Below, piece by piece: positions 42,201 to 53,706 of a stretch of 64,000 bases of DNA. Both the position numbers and the translations under genes were made by a program. How positions within the stretch are numbered: the stretch's first letter is position 1; the number at the start of each line of letters is the position of its first letter. The DNA comes from Antedon mediterranea. Taxonomy: Eukaryota; Animalia; Echinodermata. The notes beneath the pieces are model-generated. The model was not told where the DNA came from, did not search any database, and saw only the letters and a program-made list of their open reading frames with translations. The stretch spans positions 17,358,714 through 17,422,713 of the forward strand of contig NC_092678.1 in the NCBI RefSeq assembly GCF_964355755.1, in the 5' to 3' direction.

Positions 42201-45032
42201 GCGGTTTACAACATCATAGTTGAGATTATTAAGGAACAAACCAGAAAACTATATAGAGCCATTTTTGACATTCCAGTTCCCAAATATTTTTAAACATCTT
42301 TAATACTACAATATAATCCATATTGACAACAACTATTATTTACCAACAACAACAATCAGGCTTTTACAATGGATTCCGAACACTACAAATACTTTCATCT
42401 TAAACAGCACAATCCTAAAATATTTAAATGTCATAACTAAATATTTACATCTGGGGTGATGTTTTTTTTTAAAGGTATACATGTCAGGCATTTTATATGA
42501 GTGTGGTTAGATCTTGGCGGTTTACATCTGAAGTGATGTTTTTTTTTATAGGTACACATCAGGCATTTCAAATGAGGGTGGTTAGATCTTGGCGGTTTAC
42601 ACTGGAGTGACTTTTTTTTTTAGGTTATACACGTCAGGCGTTTTACATGAGGGTGTTCTTGGCGGTTTACATCTGGCTTGTTTTTTTTTTAGGTTATACA
42701 CATTAGGCGTTTCACATGTGGGTGGTCATATCTTGGCGGTTTACATCTGGAGTGATGTTTTTTAGGGTATACATGTCAGGGGTTTTACATGAGGGTGGTC
42801 AGACCTTGGAGGTTTGCATCTGGAGTGATGTTTTTTTTATGGGTATACACGTCAGGCGTTTCACATGACGGTGGTTAGATCTTGGCGGTTTACATCTGGA
42901 GTGATGGTTTTTTTTAAGGTTCTACACATCAGGCGTTTTACATCTTGGCGGTTTACATCTGGAGTGATGTTTTTTTTTTTTTGGTTATACACGTCAGGCG
43001 TTTTACATGACCAGTTAGGGTGGTCAGATCTTGGTGGTTTGCATCTGAAGTGTTTTTTTTTTAGGTTATACGCATCAGGCGTTTCACATGAGGGTGGTCA
43101 GATCTTGGCGGTTTATGTCAGGATTAATGGTTTTTTTTAAAGGTATACACGTCAGGCGTTTTACATGAGGGTGGTTAAATCTTGGCGGTTTACATCTGGA
43201 GTGATGTTTTTTTTTAGGTTATACACGTCAGGCGTTTTACATGAGAGTGCGTGGTCAGATCTTGGCGGTTTACATCTGGAGTGATGTTTTTTTTAGGTTA
43301 TACACGTCAGGCGTTTCACATGAGGGTGGTTAGATCTTGCCGGTTTAGGTCAGGAGTAATGTTTTTTTTAAGGGTATGCACGTGAGGCGTTTTACATGAG
43401 GGTGGATCCATTTCGGCAGTTTACATCAGGAGTGATGTTTTTTTTTAAAGGTATACATGTCAGGCATTTTATACGTTTGTGGTTAGATCTTGGCGGTTTA
43501 CATCTGAAGTGATGTTTTTTTTAATGGGTATAAACGTCAGGCATTTCACATGAGGGTGGTTAGATCTTAGCGGTTTATGTCAGGAGCGTTTTACATCTTG
43601 GCGGTTCACACTGGAGTGATTTTTTTTTTATAGGTTATACACGTCAGGCGTTTTACATGAGGCTGTTCAGATCTTGGCGGTTTACAACATCATAGTTGAG
43701 ATTATTAAGGAACAAACCAGAAAACTATATAGAGCCATTTTTGACATTCCAGTTCCCAAATATTTTTAAACATCTTTAATACTACAATATAATCCATATT
43801 GACAACAACTATTATTTACCAACAACAACAATCAGGCTTTTACAATGGATTCCGAACACTACAAATACTTTCATCTTAAACAGCACAATCCTAAAATATT
43901 TAAATGTCATAACTAAATATTTACATCTGGGGTGATGTTTTTTTTTAAAGGTATACATGTCAGGCATTTTATATGAGTGTGGTTAGATCTTGGCGGTTTA
44001 CATCTGAAGTGATGTTTTTTTTTATAGGTACACATCAGGCATTTCAAATGAGGGTGGTTAGATCTTGGCGGTTTACACTGGAGTGACTTTTTTTTTTAGG
44101 TTATACACGTCAGGCGTTTTACATGAGGGTGTTCTTGGCGGTTTACATCTGGATTGTTTTTTTTTTAGGTTATACACATTAGGCGTTTCACATGTGGGTG
44201 GTCATATCTTGGCGGTTTACATCTGGAGTGATGTTTTTTAGGGTATACATGTCAGGGGTTTTACATGAGGGTGGTCAGACCTTGGAGGTTTGCATCTGGA
44301 GTGATGTTTTTTTTATGGGTATACACGTCAGGCGTTTCACATGACGGTGGTTAGATCTTGGCGGTTTACATCTGGAGTGATGGTTTTTTTTAAGGTTCTA
44401 CACATCAGGCGTTTTACATCTTGGCGGTTTACATCTGGAGTGATGTTTTTTTTTTTTTTTGGTTATACACGTCAGGCGTTTTACATGACCAGTTAGGGTG
44501 GTCAGATCTTGGTGGTTTGCATCTGAAGTGTTTTTTTTTTAGGTTATACGCATCAGGCGTTTCACATGAGGGTGGTCAGATCTTGGCGGTTTACATCTGG
44601 AGTGATGTTTTTTTTTTTTTGGTTATACACGTCAGGCGTTTCACATGACCAGTTAGGGTGGTCAGATCTTGGTGGTTTGCATCTGAAGTGTTTTTTTTTT
44701 AGGTTATACACGTCAGGCGTTTCACCTGAGGGTGGTTAGATCTTGGCGGTTTACATCTGGAGTGATGGTTTTTTTTAGGTTATACGCATCAGTCGTTTCA
44801 CATGAGGGTGGTCAGATCTTGGCGGTTAACATCTGGAGTGATGTTTTGTTTTAGGTTATACACGTCAGGCATTTTTTATGAGGTGGTCACATCTTGGCGG
44901 TTTACATCTGGAGTGATGTTTTTTTTATGGGTATACATGTCAGGCGGTTCACATGAGGGTGGTTAGATCTTGGCGGTTTATGTCAGGATTAATGTTTTTT
45001 TTAAAGGGTATACACGTCAGGCGTTTTACATG
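39265..45032. repeat. ~75-bp tandem array with a ~1.48-kb higher-order duplication
   Basis: Unit GAGTGATG(T)nAGGTTATACACGTCAGGCGTTTTACATGAGGGTGGTCAGATCTTGGCGGTTTACATCTG; an identical non-array spacer occurs at ~42211 and ~43687. Confidence 0.95.
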
Positions 45033-45542
45033 ATTATTTAAAGGGTCAGTTCTAAGTTCAGATTATTTAGAAGGTTAGGATACTTAAAGAAGGTTTAGTT
45101 GACACAGTGGAGGTTTATTAAATGGTTAGGTTCATTTCATAGTTGAGATTATTTAGAGGGTTAGGTTCAGTTCATAGTTGAGATTATTTAGAGGGTGAGG
45201 TTCAGTTGATGTTTCAGATTATTTAGAGGGTGAGGTTCAGTTCATAGTTGCTATTATTTACAGTGTTAGGTTCAGTTGATAGTTGAGATTATATAGAGGG
45301 TTCAGTTCATAGTTTAGATCATTAAGACGGTTAGGTTCACTTCATAGCTGAGATTATTTAAACGGTACGTTCAGTTCATAGTTGAGATTATTAAGGAACA
45401 AACCAGAAAACTATTACAGTGTTAGGTTCAGTTGATAGTTGAGATTATATAGAGGGTTCAGTTCATAGTTCAGATCATTAAGACGGTTAGGTTCACTTTA
45501 TAGCTGAGATTATTTAAAAGGTACGTTCAGTTCATAGTTGAG
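45033..45542. repeat. ~37-bp degenerate tandem array
   Basis: GATTATTTAGAGGGTTAGGTTCAGTTCATAGTTGA-like units. Confidence 0.8.
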
Positions 45543-47073
45543 CCAATTTTGACATTCCAGTTCCCAAATATTTTTAAACATCTTTAATACTACAAGAATA
45601 ATCTATATTGACAACAACAACTATTATTTACCAACAACAACAATCAGGCTTTTACAAGGGATTCCGAACACTACAAATACTTTCATCCTAAACAGCACAA
45701 TCCTAAAATATTTAAATGTCATAACTAAATATAATGCCTCAATTTAATTGTTCATTTCCTTATAAACTTAAGTTGCAACTATTAATGATTCAGAATAATA
45801 TTATATAAAGGTCGCAAACTTAATTCTTTGGCTCTTGAAGTACAATATTATGCAACACACGTAGAAATTTGAATAAAATGTACAGCAAGAAAAATGAGCA
45901 TAACATCGTGTATGATGACAAAATTAACCTATTCCAAATAAAACATGCCTTCCAAATTCCAATTAAAGGGTGATAGCAACAAACCCAAAAACTATAGAGA
46001 CATTTCTGACATTCGACTTTCCAAACATTTTTAAACATCTTTAATACTACAACAATAAGCAATTACTGATAAACAACAACATTATTTACCAACAACAATC
46101 AGGCTGTCACAAGGGATTCAGAACACTACATATACTTTCATGCTAAACAGCACAATCCAAAAATATTTAAGTAAGAGAAGGGATCAATTATTTTGTTGCT
46201 TCGTTTATCTCAAACTTGCTTTTCACTACATAAACAATAATGTGTATTAATAAAATTAAGAGAAATAGGTGTAATCAATAATACATTTCACGTCAAATAT
46301 TCCATGTACAGTAAAATATCAGCACATGTAAAAATATGCCACTAGTTAATGCTCCCATTTCAACGTTTGAATGGGATACAGCAAGAAGGTTCACCTCTGT
46401 ATTCTGTTTAAAATATATTTATAAACGATCTATTATTAATACAAATACCAAAGAAATACAATTCGGAGACTGCTTTATAAACCATCTATTATATTATGCA
46501 ATGTTAGTGTAAATGTAATCCTATCCAAAATAATTGTATTTCAAAAAGGTGGGAAATTATTAGGACATTTGGAAAGTCGTACTGTAATATAACAACCTTT
46601 ACATGTAAGTTGTTTAATCGTATACATACGTTCGAGTATGGATACATCTGGTACAATCAGAAAGTTGAAAATAAATACAAGTTTGTGATTTAGAAAAATG
46701 AAAATATGTTAAGCAGTTTACAATCCATTCTAAATGAGAGTATTTTAATTTATTTAAATGAAAGATTATAATTTCAGTTTTATCAAAGATAAAATTCATT
46801 TTATGTTACTTTTCCCTTTTTTATAAATGTCATAACTAAATGTATGCCTAGATTTAATTGTACATTTCCTTATAAACTTAAGTTGCAACTATTAATGATT
46901 AACAATAATATTATATACAGGTCCCAAACTTAATTCTTTGGCTCTTGAAGTACAATATTATGCAAAACACGTAGAAATTTGATTAAAATGTACAGCAATT
47001 AGGACAATGAGTGATCTGAGTAAGTAGAATAGCCTGATTTATAACATACGATTGAACAATGTCATTCACTAAC

Positions 47074-47562
47074 TTATTGCGTGTCCAAAAGTTTACCCTC
47101 ATGCTGCAGTTTCTTGTGTATCATTTCATTGTGTCTTTGGATAACAGTATACAAAAAAAATTTGACATTCGTTTCGTGATGTACTTATACTTGTTAAGTG
47201 ATTTGAATGTCTGTTCAGCACATTGAGTGTTAACTCCAGCTATAACTGCGTGTTGTGGCAGTTGTGGATGGTATATACACTCTGGGTTACTCAATGGCAT
47301 ACATTCTTTTCGTTTGTGAGTCCTAATGTGAAATAGGTCTACCACGAATTTCAGATTGTTCAATAAGTCAGTTGCTCCTTCATTTCCCTTTTTTGCTAAG
47401 TTTTTTAAGAATGGATGAAGCTCACAGGCCCTGTCATATCCGATATAGCTGAATCTGTCCCATTGCCTTGAACATGTTCGTAAAAAAAAATACAAAAGCT
47501 TGGGAAGGTGATTCACAAGTGTATAACTCAGCGAAATCCACAATAATACCACAAGGTCTAAC
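47074..47562 (-). pseudogene. KDZ transposase C-terminal remnant
   Basis: VRPCGIIVDFAELYTCESPSQ (frameshift) ...YDRACELHPF...VDLFHIRTH...C...NTQCAEQTFKSL. These match the KDZ motifs PCG/ES, YD..C, D.FH..H and N...EQ. The 5' part is replaced by the satellite. Confidence 0.8.
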
Positions 47563-50500
47563 CATAGCAATAGCTGCTATAGCACTGAAACACTTAACCC
47601 TTAGACTTCAATAGCACAATAGCATATCAGTAGCAACCACAACTGCTTTCTAAGCTATAGCAGAAATAGCAGCTGTAGCAGTAACACCTAACCCTTAGAT
47701 TTCAATAGCATAATAGCATATCAGTAACCACAACTGCTTTTCCAGCTATAGCAGAAATAGCTGCTATAGCAGTAACACTTAACCCTTATATTTCAATAGC
47801 ATAATAGCATATCAGTAACCACAACTGCTTTTCCAGCTATAGCAGAAATAGCTGCTATAGCGGTCAAACACTTAACCCTTGGACTTCAATAGCATAATAG
47901 CAAATCAGTAGCAACCATAACTGCTTTTCCAGCTATAGCAAAAATAGCTGCTATAGCAGTAACACTTAACCCTTAGACTTCAATAGCACAATAGGATATC
48001 ATTAGCAATCACATCTACTTTTCCAGCTATAGCAGAAATAGCTGCTATAGCGGTCAAACACTTAACCCTTGGACTTCAATAGCATAATAGCAAATCAGTA
48101 GCAACCATAACTGCTTTTCCAGCTATAGCAAAAATAGCTGCTATAGCAGTAACACTTAACCCTTGGACTTCAATAGCATAATAGCAAATCAGTAGCAACC
48201 ATAACTGCTTTTCCAGCTATAGCAAAAATAGCTGCTATAGCAGTAACACTTAACCCTTAGACTTCAATAGCACAATAGGATATCATTAGCAATCACATCT
48301 ACTTTTCCAGCTATAGCAGAAATAGCTGCTATAGCGGTCAAACACTTAACCCTTGGACTTCAATAGCATAATAGCAAATCAGTAGCAACCATAACTGCTT
48401 TTCCAGCTATAGCAAAAATAGCTGCTATAGCAGTAACACTTAACCCTTAGACTTCAATAGCATAATAGCATATCATTAGCAATCACATCTGCTTTTCGAG
48501 CTATAGCAGAAATAGCTGCTATAGCAGTGAAACACTTAACCCTTCAAATTCAATAGCAAACTAGCTTATCAGTAGCAACCAAAACTGCTTTTCCAGCTAT
48601 AGCAAAAATAGCTGCTATAGCAGTAACACTTAACCCTCGGACTTCAATAGCATAAAGGTTACAGTGGAACCGTAATCACGTAGCCATAACATCGGCAGGG
48701 GTTCGAGGCTCACTCACTCCATGGTTCTGGTGGTAGAACGAGTCTTCTCGGATAAGGACTATAAACCGTAGGTCCAGTGTACACAACTTGCTCGTGTGCA
48801 CTTTAAAGAACCTAGTACATCTTTCGAGACGAGTAGGGGGTTACCCCGGTGTATTAGTACATCACAGCCACTGATCACCAACTGGGCCCTCTGGGAGATC
48901 AGTCTTTGACTGAAGAGGTCAACCAGTATAAAGATAAAACAAACAAATAAAAGCAAATCAATAGCAACCATAACTGCCTTTCCAGCTATAGCAAAAATAG
49001 CTGCTATAGCAGTGAAACACTTAACCCTTCAAATTCAATAGCATAATAGCAAATCAATAGCAACCACAACTGCTTTTCCAGCTATAGCAAAAATAGCTGC
49101 TATAGCAGTAACACTTAACCCTCAGACTTCAATAGCATAATAGCAAATCAATAGCAACCCTAACTACTTTTCCAGCTATAGCAAAAATAGCTGCTATAGC
49201 AGTAACACTTAACCCTTGGACTTCAATAGCATAATAGCAAATCAATAGCAACCATAACTGCTTTTCCAGCTATAGCAAAAATAGCTGCTATAGCAGTAAC
49301 ACTTAACCCTCGTACTTCAATAGCAAAATAGCAAATCAATAGCAACCATAACTGCTTTTCCAGCTATAGCAAAAATAGCTGCTATAGCAGTAACACTTAA
49401 CCCTCGGACTTCAATAGCATAAAAGCAAATCAATAGCAACCATAACTGCCTTTCCAGCTATAGCAAAAATAGCTGCTATAGCAGTCAGACTTAACCCTTA
49501 GACTTCAATAGCACAATAGCATATCATTAGCAATCACATCTGCTTTTCCAGCTATAGCAAAAATAGCTGCTACAGCAGTGAAACACTTAGCCCTTAGACT
49601 TCAATAGCATAATAGCATATCAGTAGCAACCACAACTGCTTTTCGAGCTATAGCAAAAATAGCTGCTACAGCAGTAACACTTAACCCTCGGACTTCAATA
49701 GCATAATAGCAAATCAATAGCAACCATAACTGCTTTTCCAGCTATAGCAAAAATAGCTGCTATAGCAGTCAGACTTAACCCTTAGACTTCAATAGCAAAA
49801 ATAGCATATCATTAGCAATCACATCTGCTTTTCGAGCTATAGCAGAAATAGCTGCTATAGCGGTGAAACACTTAACCCTTCAAATTCAATAGCAAACTAG
49901 CTTATCAGTAGCAACCAAAACTGCTTTTCCAGCTATAGCAAAAATAGCTGCTATAGCAGTAACACTTAACCCTCGGACTTCAATAGCATAATAGCAAATC
50001 AATAGCAACCATAACTGCTTTTCCAGCAATAGCAAAAATAGCTGCTATAGCAGTAACACTTAACCCTCGGACTTCAATAGCATAACAGCAAATCAATAGC
50101 AACCATAACTGCTTTTCCAGCTATAGCAAAAATAGCTGCTATAGCAGTCAGACTTAACCCTTAGACTTCAATAGCACAATAGCATATCAATAGCAATCAC
50201 ATCTGCTTTTCCAGCTATAGCAAAAATAGCTGCTATAGCAGTGAAACACTTAACCCTTCAAATTCAATAGCATAATAGCAAATCAATAGCAACCATAACT
50301 GCTTTTCCAGCTATAGCAAAAATAGCTGCTATAGCAGTAACACTTAACCCTCAGACTTCAATAGCATAATAGCAAATCAATAGCAACCCTAACTACTTTT
50401 CCAGCTATAGCAAAAATAGCTGCTATAGCAGTAACACTTAACCCTTGGACTTCAATAGCATAATAGCAAATCAATAGCAACCATAACTGCTTTTCCAGCT

Positions 50501-50650
50501 ATAGCAAAAATAGCTGCTATAGCAGTGAAACACTTAGCCCTTAGACTTCAATAGCACAATAACATATCACTAGCAACCACAACTGCTTTTCCAGCTATAA
50601 GCAGAAATAGCAATATTAGCATAAATAGCATGGTTAAAGCAACAAATAGC
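47563..50650. repeat. ~93-bp tandem array (~30 units)
   Basis: Unit ...GCTATAGCAAAAATAGCTGCTATAGCAGTAACACTTAACCCT..ACTTCAATAGC...; shares TAGC/GCTA motifs with the left 57-bp array. Confidence 0.95.
48657..48946 (+). mobile_element. 5'-truncated DeuSINE inserted in the 93-bp array
   Basis: B-box GGTTCGAGGCTC, same Deu core as 35300-35410, (AAAC)n tail, probable ATAAA TSD. Confidence 0.85.
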
Positions 50651-51770
50651 AAAAAAAACCTGTATGCTACAACACAAGTATAAGCTCTGAAAACTCCAAA
50701 ATGACCAATCCTGCGCTTTACTCTTGATTTGCAGCTTGTAAAAGGAGATGTTGAGCATGGTTTTACTGAAGGACAACACATCAAGAATAAGCTGAATGAG
50801 TGTTATTGAACAGTCAAAACTTAATTGAACTGCAATAATGCTAGCAACGCCAAGTATTTTCCTAATGCTGTTTAAGTGATGCTTCTCGTCAAGGTACGTG
50901 TAAGCAAAGGCCACAAAAAAGCCGACACATGCCTTCTTTGTGTCTATACCTTGGAAATATGTCCGTTGATACCACCGTGGATGGAAATCACTGCCAAAGT
51001 GAGTGCTTTGACTGTTAAAAGTGATGAATATGTTTCTTTATTGTTGAGCTGTGATGCTAAATATAAAGATAATATACTTGGTCCGTCACTCTGGCCTGCT
51101 AATGTCATCATTCGTAAATATGATGAGCCTATAATTGGTTTGAAAGATAATCAATATGACTCCAGGTTTAACCATACTGGTTAGTCATGGCTGTACATCA
51201 AACTTGTGATGTCCGAGTAGTTTCATATAACTGTAAGAAATTAAAGTCTAGACAGACGAAGATTATTGACTTATGCGAGACGTATGATGTTATTTGTTTC
51301 CAAGAAACATGGCTATGTTATGATGAGCTTCACCCTTTGAAAACGCTGTATATTGATTTTGACTGTTATGGCACGTCGTCTATTGATACCTCCGCATCTC
51401 TGGAGGTGTAGCTATATTGCTTAGAAAGAGTTTATATAGTTCTGTTAGGAACATTCATCTAGCTGACAATAGCTTGTTGCCATTGAGTTAGGTGTAGATA
51501 ACAATAAAACATTGCTTGTCAATATATACTTAACGTATGACTGCAACGAAAATTGTGTAAATTTGAAGATATGATTGAGAAGTATGATAACTGTAAAATA
51601 GTGCTTTTAGGAGATTTAATTAATTTCTGTACAGAATGAAATCTGCATTTGTCTGACTGTGAGAATCGGGGTTCACGTCTGACACGTTTACCTTCTATAG
51701 CACATAACACAACCAGTCGGTGGGACCATTTAGTTTCCACTCAGAGTTCACATTCTTGTTTAAGTAATTT

Positions 51771-52035
51771 TAATTGTAGTTTTGCGTCAGGGAGTTGAGT
51801 GATTAGATGTTTTGCCCTACTCTGACGTAATTTTTACTTTATACTAAGTACAATTGAGAATACTTGCGAAAACATTCGCAAGAAGTTCTCGGGTGGGACT
51901 CGAACCCACGACCTCCAGATCACTAGCCTGGCGTTCATACTTCTAGACCACTCAGCTTCCGCTGATGGCTAGTGGTTAGATTCGAGCTCAAGTAAGCAGC
52001 GGGTACTGCACCAACAGGATTGTAATTGTAGTTTT
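51771..52035 (-). mobile_element. Short tRNA-containing repeat element, copy 2, inserted in CR1 APE
   Basis: A-box-like AGCTGAGTGGT and B-box GGTTCGAGTCCC on the minus strand; 13-bp terminal direct repeat TAATTGTAGTTTT. Confidence 0.75.
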
Positions 52036-52242
52036 AGCTATATGATTTCATAGGGTCTGATCATTTCCCTATTGCATTTAGTATTAATGATGTTTTATGG
52101 GATAAGCCTATAACCCATGATTCAAGATAACGACAGACATAACATTGCAACTATTGTTAACTGGAAGTCTGTTAGTAAACAGGATATTGATAAGTACACT
52201 TATACCACATGTATTACTTAATAGTCTTTTAATTAAGTCCTA

Positions 52243-53706
52243 CTAGATGGTACGCTCGCTTCGTTCGCGTACCATCTAGGTCGTGCCCACAGACGGTTCT
52301 CGAATACATAGTAATTTCAGCGTTTAAAAAACTGGCGACTTCAAATGCACATGCAGGACAATAATACATGTTGTTTACAGGAACGAACAAATAGACACGG
52401 TGATTTATGTACTCAACTAAAATTAGCACCCCGCGAATTACTTCCGAAAAAGAAGTTTGTCACAAAATAAGAAACAAACTGAATTTGTGTTTTGTATGTA
52501 ACATTTGGGTTGAGGGATAGGGAAGAGGATGGATGCAAAGACGAACAATTTTTAAATATATTCTTTATCGATTTAGTAACGAAATATGAATTATTTTCAT
52601 GTTTTACAAATAATATACCAGTAAACACAGTAAAACATTGCGATTTAATACTTTGTTGAAACTGTCACCGTCATAGTCGATTGAAATAGTACAGTTCATG
52701 TAACGATACATCACTAATACGACGTTTATATTTTTGTTGAAGTTACATGATAACAAACGTTCAGAAGGAACTGTCAGTAATATATTAAACACCTCTATTC
52801 GGGGCAAATCGTAAATTCGCTTTAATCGTCAATAAATAATTATCTAACTCAACTTAATTAGTAGGCCTAATGGTCAAGTGTCTCATAGAGCCAATTATGC
52901 TACCCACTACCCAACTTGTATTGAAAATTAAGTTGTTTCCTAACCACCAAACTTGTTCTGCGTTTAGGGCATGTACTGATTATTCGTACTGTAGGCCTGT
53001 CCTCTACTGGCTTTACAACGCTATTCATGCAGTGAGGGGAGGGTGGTGGTGTTGGTGGTGGTTTAGCTGCAATAATAAAGTTGATTGTACATAATAGACG
53101 GCGACTGGAAAGGCTAGCTCATTATGCGTTAAAAAAAAAGATTCCACAGATTGGAAAAAAATGTATCGAATTTCTGTTATGAGTATACAGTACTTGTATT
53201 TACGACGCCTGAGGGAATAGACACTTGTGGAACAGAGATTGGAATGTTCCATTTATCGCAGATCAAAACATTTGTATAAACGTTTATTAAATCTATCAAA
53301 ATAGTATTTTTTAAAGAAAATCGGCCTGTCTTCAACATTATGATGCTGTACTCGAGCTGTTCAACCGGTTTCCAGCTATTAAAAACAATTATCGTAGGAG
53401 GAGATAGGAAAATGCGAAGCATCCTCGCATTATTGTCTGCGGGTATTTTTCAAGTTGGACATCCACTAGACAGTGTATACCACGACCACGAATCACCCCT
53501 ATTTGTGGCAAATCGTTGAACCTAAATTCGTTTTAATTGTCAATAACTAATTATCTAACTCAATTTAATTAGTAAACATGGTTACATCAGATGGTTAAAA
53601 TCAGTACCGAAAGTACGAACCAACTTTATATTATACCATCGAGTAAAAATTCTAGAAATAAACTGCGATTTATCGAATTTTGCCCTTACGTAAATTTATA
53701 TTTAGA
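52243..53706 (-). mobile_element. Non-autonomous Helitron-like element within CR1 ORF2
   Basis: Minus-strand 5' TCTAAATATAAA and 3' hairpin CTAGATGGTACGC...GCGTACCATCTAG ending CTAG|T; internal direct repeat at ~52806 and ~53525. Confidence 0.6.

Larger units (their letters stand above)
37399..50724. mobile_element. 13.3-kb KDZ (Kyakuja-Dileera-Zisupton)-like DNA transposon derivative
   Basis: TIRs TAA(G/A)GCGCAGGATTGGTCAT at 37401 and 50701-50720; 8-bp TSD TGATTTGC (37391-37398, 50725-50732); KDZ transposase remnant inside. Confidence 0.85.

Noticed and set aside
22831-44648. Repetitive ORFs (LLETRIQK..., RNVLLKIR..., CYYCCIRY..., VYIWSDVFF...)
   Set aside because: Translations of satellites with periods near multiples of 3; they break at homopolymer length changes.
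1300-50650. Tandem arrays as CRISPR arrays
   Set aside because: Units are contiguous with no unique spacers, there are no cas genes, and the context is eukaryotic.
45033-50650. Telomeric repeats (GGGTTAG, TAACCCT)
   Set aside because: Only one motif per satellite unit, never tandem.
51781-51830. Hammerhead ribozyme in the permuted element
   Set aside because: CTGACG is followed by T or C rather than the CUGANGA...GAAA core; no stems I-III could be built by eye.
51890-51965. Functional tRNA gene (AGT anticodon-like loop)
   Set aside because: No proper acceptor stem, an expanded D-region, and it is embedded in a dispersed repeat inserted in a LINE.
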